A stretch of DNA of 64,000 nucleotides, the filler included, from Phoronis australis (Eukaryota > Animalia > Phoronida): the NCBI GenBank assembly GCA_002633005.1. It is 9 parts of 9 records of this genome, joined end to end, with 100 filler letters (N's around TTAATTAATTAA, not from the genome) between each part and the next. Parts side by side here need not be neighbours in the genome. Positions count along the whole stretch, not along the records: positions 57,875 to 60,550 come from NMRA01002504.1; positions 60,651 to 62,708 come from NMRA01000374.1; positions 62,809 to 64,000 come from NMRA01001774.1; 6 more parts are not named here. One strand, given 5' to 3'. The notes under the pieces are model-generated. The model worked only from the letters and a program-made list of their open reading frames with translations, was not told where the DNA came from and did no database searches. The position numbers and the translations under genes are program-made. Positions 58,003 to 64,000 of this stretch are shown here, in pieces. Each line of letters begins with the position of its first letter. The stretch's first letter is position 1.

Positions 58003-60180
58003 AATACTACTACATGGGCAACACATCATTGCCTGACAGTGACGGGGGGTTGGGGAGGCTATAGCTCCCCCACTTCAGTGCTGGATGCTACCCATGGACT
58101 ATTAGATCGTATCATGGCAAAAAACATCAAAAAGTAGACAAAAGACCATTTGGGAAAACAAATCACTCTTAACATGAAGGATTTTATCATTTATGCAACA
58201 AAAACTTTGTAACAACTTTATTTCGAACGGTGAAGAAGCTATGCCATTGAACTTCAACGTAGCCGCTGGTGGCGCTGACATGCGGCGACTTAGTGAACTA
58301 ACGACTGCTGTTTGAAAAGTGCCAATGCGCAGCAGTTTGACAGAATTTCTGAAAATGAAATAATTACCAATTAAAAGAGTGATAAATTCCTCATCTAAAA
58401 ATCGGGGGGGCATATTGCGCAACTGGAAAAACATCAACCTCCCGATCGACCAAAATTAGGCCTTCCGGACGATCGAAAACTCGGCATGAAAACTTGGCCT
58501 TGACTTCGAGAAAACAACTTGAGGAGATGCGCACGCGTCTAAACTACATCCTGTCCAAATTTCATGTTTGTATTTGAGAGTATAGTGCTCTTTTGGATAG
58601 GAGGAACAAGAGGTACTTTTTCGAAAGTTGATCGCATGGCGGAAAATCGTGCGCTAAAAAATGCTTACAAAAAATGATTTATCAGCGATAATTTGAGACA
58701 AAAAGATTACAAACTTACAAATAAAGACTAAGGTAATGATTTATAACACAAAATTGTCTTATAGTTAACTTTGAAGTCTGAAATCGGGTAATTTACCGAC
58801 GTGGGTTTTACACGGAGGCAGATATGGAGCACCGTGACCTACTTTTTGANNNNNNNNNNNNNNNNNNNNNNNNNNNNNNNNNNNNNNNNNNNNNNNNNNN
58901 NNNNNNNNNNNNNNNNNNNNNNNNNNNNNNNNNNNNNNNNNNNNNNNNNNNNNNNNNNNNNNNNNNNNNNNNNNNNNNNNNNNNNNNNNNNNNNNNNNNN
59001 NNNNNNNNNNNNNNNNNNNNNNNNNNNNNNNNNNNNNNNNNNNNNNNNNNNNNNNNNNNNNNNNNAGGATGCGGAAGGAAATATTCCATCGACATTTACA
59101 TGACAAAGATTCATACCTTTGAAAATGGCGGACATAGATCGAATGATCGAAATCGCAAAAGAGTGTAAATATCTGCCAGAAAATGATTTGAAGGTTCGTA
59201 ATTTTGCGCTCTGTTTCAAATATGATAGTGAAATACGTGTTGATGTTTTTGTGACTTCATTCTCTTGTTGTAGACTGCGGTGAATCTGCAGTAAGCACCG
59301 GTCAGTAAAAAGTTAATCACTCGCACCCTACCGGGGCCTACCCTTACGCTATGACGAGATGCTTGTTTGTCGACTGTTCAGGACGCATGGCTCGAAATGC
59401 GGTCTTTTATCTAAGGGGGATACAGTTCGTCCAAATGAACACACGACACCCTCACTTCGACGCCCTGTTCAGCACATTTGTCCAGTATTGAGTAAGCAAG
59501 CGTTGGGTCACTTTCCTTTTGCGAACAGTTGCTCTTTGAATTCGCTGTCCTGTCCAGGTTAAGAAAAATTTATAAAGATATGGCAAACTTTACTGCAGAC
59601 CCATGTGTCACATTAACTACCGCACTATCACTAGGCATATACAGCAATTCGATTTGAGGTAATAGTCAACGTAGGTGTTACGCTGATTAAAAGAGATTAA
59701 AAGAGATTTGAGAACCAGTTACTCCTAATTAATAACCCCTGTTAGTAAATGGGAGTAAGTGGTTCTCAAAGCACTTTTAAATCACCCACCGATCCAACCA
59801 TTACTGACTTGGGATCATTGGTATTACATAAGTGGATGTGTAGACAAGATGACCTCTATTGGTCACCATATGAAAACCTCTTTCAAACACAACTCTGTGT
59901 TATGGTTTTTTGTGGGTTTATTCTAGATATCTGCAAGATACATCTATTCACTATGATGTCTAACTCTCAACTGAAAACTTGTTTGTCAGAACTAGAGATC
60001 ATATGCTCATGAGTCATAATCAGATTTCAGAGAATTGTTTTGCACAACTTACACAATATATGATTCTAGCTACCAGTGCCATATAAGGTTATGTTTTGAA
60101 CTCTGCAAGATTAATGAAAACCACGAACATAACAGTTCCTCTTTTGGCTTACCTATGGTGAGCACATATATTTGAGAATA

Positions 60181-60299
60181 CAGTGGCGGATCTAGGATAT
60201 CACAAGGGGGGCCCAACATTTTGTCCGGCTGTAAGCATTTGCGCAAACTGAACCACGATTGTAGATGCGCATGGCACCGAATGGGGGGAGGTCAGGAGG
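60181..60299. mobile_element. Left end of a CAGTGGCGGATCTAGGAT-type MITE, cut by an N
   Basis: cagtggcggatctaggatatcacaagggggg…; terminus related to that at 57981-58002. Confidence 0.45.
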
Positions 60300-60410
60300 N
60301 TTCTGTTTTTACCTCTAAAAATCAAGCATTTTCCTTGATTCCTGAAGTATTATCCAAGAAAAAAAGGGCAAAAAAAAGAAAAGAACCTGTCAAAGAGGAA
60401 AAACTGGAAG

Positions 60411-60477
60411 TACCAAAGACTCGAACTCACGACCTTGAGCATAATGTGCGCGTGCGTTACCACTACACCACCACGAC
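60411..60477 (-). ncRNA. tRNA-like Pol III promoter module (SINE head or tRNA pseudogene)
   Basis: Minus strand gtcgtggTGGTGTAGTGGtaacgcacgcgcacattatgctcaaggtcgtGAGTTCGAGTCtttggt: A-box and B-box at tRNA spacing with downstream T-runs; the acceptor stem does not pair. Confidence 0.55.
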
Positions 60478-60550
60478 TTAACTACAAATCTCATACTAAG
60501 AGACCTACTTGTTTATGGTCCACAGCGTTTGCGCGTGAAACCTACTTCTT

Positions 60551-60650
60551 NNNNNNNNNNNNNNNNNNNNNNNNNNNNNNNNNNNNNNNNNNNNTTAATT
60601 AATTAANNNNNNNNNNNNNNNNNNNNNNNNNNNNNNNNNNNNNNNNNNNN
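60551..60650. other. Artificial scaffold-concatenation linker
   Basis: 44 N + TTAATTAATTAA + 44 N. Confidence 0.97.
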
Positions 60651-61343
60651 CCAAACTGCTTACATCGTGTCGTGTGACTCCCTCGCCACACACCTGGCAC
60701 CTTCTAAATAGCTCCAACACTTTAGACAAGTCCACAATAAACTTATCAAAGTTTGGCTCACCGATCTGTTCACTGGACGACGAACTGTCCTCTTCACTGG
60801 GTGTCGAACTGGGCCTGTAATCACTCCCACTACTCAATATCGCTGCAGGGCTGCTTAGAGGCTCTGGGCTGGAGAAAACAGCACAGAGCGAATCACTACT
60901 GGTTCCAGGAATTGCACGCTCTGGGGTACGTTCGGAGGCACGGGTGACAGTAGATGAAGTGCCTCCGCTGGCTCCAGTCACTGTACTGGCCACAGCTCGC
61001 GAGGCTTCTCGCTTCAAATACGCACTTCTCGAGGGTGGCGACGGGCACTGCCGGGAATCAACACAGACGGAATGACAACCTTCTTCAGACGTTGTTTCGC
61101 AGGGACCTTCATCAGTTCAGCGTACAAATCCCTTTCGTAATGGGACGGCAGAAAGTGCTTGTCACACACACGGTAATTCTCCACTGCTTTGTACGTTGCG
61201 TGGACGGGTAACGCTGCGTTCTTCACACGAACGAGCCAAGTACGGCGAAGCGTGTCATCCATCGGAAAGCGATGCAAAGGTACTCCCAAAGCGCGCGTGA
61301 GCCGATAATTACTATATCCTGGTACGCAGCAACAGTGTGGCAT
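60651..61343 (-). pseudogene. Kolobok transposase 5' part: THAP domain + acidic linker + CxxC finger, frameshifted
   Basis: MPHCCCVPGYSN…LHRFP…RRTWL…RVCDKHF…RLKKVVIPSV is a THAP signature with the second Zn-ligand Cys apparently replaced by Tyr. After a frameshift near 61020-61040 it continues …KFIVDLSKVLELFRRCQVCG. Confidence 0.85.
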
Positions 61344-61607
61344 ATTGACTGACTAGTAAATGAAAGCAAACGACGACGGAACTTAACACAACCGAGGTAG
61401 AACAATGACTGACTCGGCAGCTCTCACAGTCAGACTATATGAAAAGAAATTGGCGCGAAATACTTGCCTCCTAAAACGTCACTTCCGGAAGAGCGGAGAG
61501 TAATCTATAAAATTACGAAAAGCTGTAATTAAGTGGAAAATATGTCTAGGATAACCAACCAACCTTATTTTAGCTCAAAATGACATGGAAAAAGGTTGCC
61601 TTCGCCT
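60651..61607 (-). mobile_element. Kolobok DNA transposon, right part with TIR and TTAA
   Basis: Ends GGTTGCCTTCGCCT|TTAA. 61452-61607 is the inverted copy of 31035-31190, and 60651-61046 aligns with 31751-32139. Confidence 0.88.
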
Positions 61608-62135
61608 TTAAGAACGAAGACCTGTAGTGTTAGTCCGAAAATAAACATGTATTCTGTCTCGTTACGAGAAAAACTGGCGAACGACGGTGCTCTTAGCTCA
61701 TAGTCTATTATTAAAAGCGACAATAAACAATTAAGTATCACTTTATTAAGCTGAATCACATTGACAACAATTGAAAAACGTCAAATGTATAAGGAAACAA
61801 ATCATCTGAAAACAGTTTCACGAAACCAAAACATCGTGTGCACAGTGGTGAAAAGATATACTGGACTAGTTTGCTGAGGAACCAGATGTACACTGAGAAG
61901 AAACAAGTATTGAGTACAGATTTAGCTACGCACTATGTGAAATAGATTTTGGATATGAAGCAGATAGACTCAAGTGGAAATACAAACCAGAATCAGTTTC
62001 TGTGCGCTCGTAAACCCTCTGCTGTACTGGGTAAATTTGGCATGTCCAAAAATAATTTCTATTTCGTTTTCATTGTACACAAGCATAAAACACTGACATT
62101 ATTACAAACTGTGTAGAATTATAACTTTTTTACCT

Positions 62136-62690
62136 GGGTGTTTCTCCAGGAACGTTTGTCCTATCTTTCTGTTGTCTAGACTGCCGAGGAATCTGTATAT
62201 CGGATCCAATGGTTTGGCCGTCTTGGAACCATTCTACCCAGACATCTTTGACGTTTGTTCTCAACACTTACACTTCGTCAATTGCTCTGTCGATGACCTT
62301 GTACGCCTTTACAATGTCAGCATCTCGTTTCGCAGCTCAGTTGGCACTAAGCCCCCTGAGGTTACTAAGTCCATTCAAAACACTTACAGCATGTGCAACT
62401 AAATTTGATGCGTTCATCACGGACTACTTCAAACCTTGACAATGTATCCCACGACCCATTTGCATCTCTTGCAATTTTCGAAATAAACGTCCCAATGTCT
62501 GAACGCTTGAATCCCGAAGTACTAACATCAAATAAATGCCAATGGGCGTTTCGAGGGGTGGTCCTTTCTGCGGAAATTCCCAGTATAGAAAATGGTAGTG
62601 GTGCTTATTGCAGGTAGAAAGACGGTATGTGTTGAGCACGACACTTCGGGCTCCTTATTGAACATCGCACGAGTCCCTCAAGACTTTGTT
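62136..62690 (-). pseudogene. Degraded hAT transposase (ZMYM1/THAP12-PRKRIR-like clade)
   Basis: Minus-strand frames give IRSPK…, KIARDANGSWDTLSR, VAHAVSVLNGLSNLRGLSA and RDADIVKAYKVIDRAIDEV*VLRTNVKDVWVEWFQ…IQIPRQSRQQKDRTNVPGETP, the LS..LQ…DIxxA…LR…PR…Q..R.N.P..TP pattern. Stops and frameshifts present. Confidence 0.7.
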
Positions 62691-62708
62691 ATGTAAGTAT
62701 AGCCTCCC

Positions 62709-62808
62709 NNNNNNNNNNNNNNNNNNNNNNNNNNNNNNNNNNNNNNNNNNNNTTAATTAATTAANNNNNNNNNNNNNNNNNNNNNNNNNNNNNNNNNNNN
62801 NNNNNNNN
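62709..62808. other. Artificial scaffold-concatenation linker
   Basis: 44 N + TTAATTAATTAA + 44 N. Confidence 0.97.
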
Positions 62809-64000
62809 TAAGTCTGAGACTGATTACCAAACTAGCAAGGTATAGCTGCCAGTGGTGCTTACATAGAACTAAGTCTGAGACTGTTTACAAAACTAACAAG
62901 GTATAGCTGCCAGTGGTGCTTACATAGAACTATGTCTGAGACTGTTTACCAAACTAGCAAGGTATAGCTGCCAACTGTGGTGCTCACATAGAACTAAGTC
63001 TGAGACTGTTTACCAAGCTAGCAAGTTATAGCTGCCAGTGGTGCTCGCATAGAACTAAGACTGAGATTGTTAACTAAACTAGCAAGGTATAGCGACCTGT
63101 GGTGCTTACATAGAACTAAGTCTGAGACTGTTTACCAAACTAGCAAGGTATAGCTGCCAGTGGTTCTTACATAGACCTAAGACTGAGAGTGTTAACTAAA
63201 CTAGCAAGTTATAGCGACCTGTGGTGCTTACATAGAACTAAGTCTGAGACTGTTTACCAAACTAGCAAGGTATAGCTGCCAGTGGTGCTTACATAGACCT
63301 AAGACTGAGATTGTTAACTAAACTAGCAAGTTATAGCGACCTGTGGTGCTTACATAGAACTAAGTGTGAGACTGTTTACCAAACTAGCAAGGTATAGCTC
63401 CCAGTGATGCTTACATAGAACTAAGTCTGAGACTGTTTACCAAACTAGCAAGGTATAGCGACCAGTGGTGCTTACATAGAACTAAGTCTGAGACTCTTTA
63501 CCAAACTAGCAAGGTATAGCTGCCAGTGGTGCTTACATAGAACTAAGTCTGAGACTCTTTACTAAACTAAGAGGGGCGGCCAGTGACCTTACATAAAACT
63601 AAGTCTGACACTATTTACTAAACTAACAAAGTGTAGTGGCCAGTGGTTCTTACATAGACCTAAGACTGAGACTGTTAACTAAACTAGCAAGTTATAGCGA
63701 CCAGTGATGCTTACATAGAGCTAAGTCTGATACTGTTTACCAAACTAGCAAGGTATAGCTGCCAGTGGTGCTTACATAAAACTAAGTCTGACACTATTTA
63801 CTAAACTAACAAAGTGTAGTGGCCAGTGGTTCTTACATAGACCTAAGACTGAGATTGTTAACTAAACTAGCAAGTTATAGCGACCAGTGATGCTTACATA
63901 GAACTAAGTCTGAGACTGTTTACCAAACTAGCAAGGTATAGCGACCAGTGGTGCTTACATAGAACTAAGTCTGAGACTGTTTACCAAACTAGCAAGGTAT
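62809..64000. repeat. 61-bp satellite array, about 19.5 copies, running off the window
   Basis: Unit aagtctgagactgtttaccaaactagcaaggtatagctgccagtggtgcttacatagaact with local dimer and trimer variant periodicity. Confidence 0.96.

Noticed and set aside
57579-59317. TTAA-CC/CT termini suggestive of piggyBac-like ends (57580 and 59317)
   Set aside because: They lie on different scaffolds across a linker and do not form a matching TIR pair.
62809-64000. Regular ~61-bp periodicity resembling a CRISPR array
   Set aside because: Whole units are repeated with no unique spacers, the context is eukaryotic and no cas genes are present; it is a satellite.
1-64000. Functional clustering of POLR1A, the LLTP-like gene, NUP37 and the THAP ORF
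   Set aside because: They are on unrelated scaffolds joined by artificial linkers; the THAP ORF is a transposon remnant, not a host gene.

Overview
Eukaryotic, intron-rich, AT-rich metazoan DNA, most likely a marine invertebrate draft assembly (a hemichordate-like deuterostome is a guess, not shown). The window is not one locus: nine unrelated scaffold pieces are joined by eight artificial 100-nt linkers (44 N + TTAATTAATTAA + 44 N). Host genes found: two exons of the RNA polymerase I largest subunit (POLR1A, -), two exons of NUP37 (+), one exon of a FAM234-like FG-GAP protein (-), and a 19-exon, ~950-codon partial gene (+, 13796-40910) reconstructed by splice-phase matching. That protein is a divergent large lipid transfer protein (vitellogenin/MTP-like N-terminal module) followed by amphipathic helices and a possible M23/LECT2-like module, with three furin-type sites. 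The rest is repeats. These include an internally deleted Kolobok transposon (TTAA ends, ~156-bp TIRs, convergent THAP-transposase and KolX/P2X7-ballast-like remnants) and hAT-like MITEs with 5- and 6-bp target duplications. There are also a TA-flanked MITE, two hAT transposase relics, a tRNA-derived SINE family, a dispersed element carrying ~150-bp-spaced CTCF-consensus motifs, many minisatellites (three straddling splice sites), a 61-bp satellite, and two probable haplotype-duplication artefacts.
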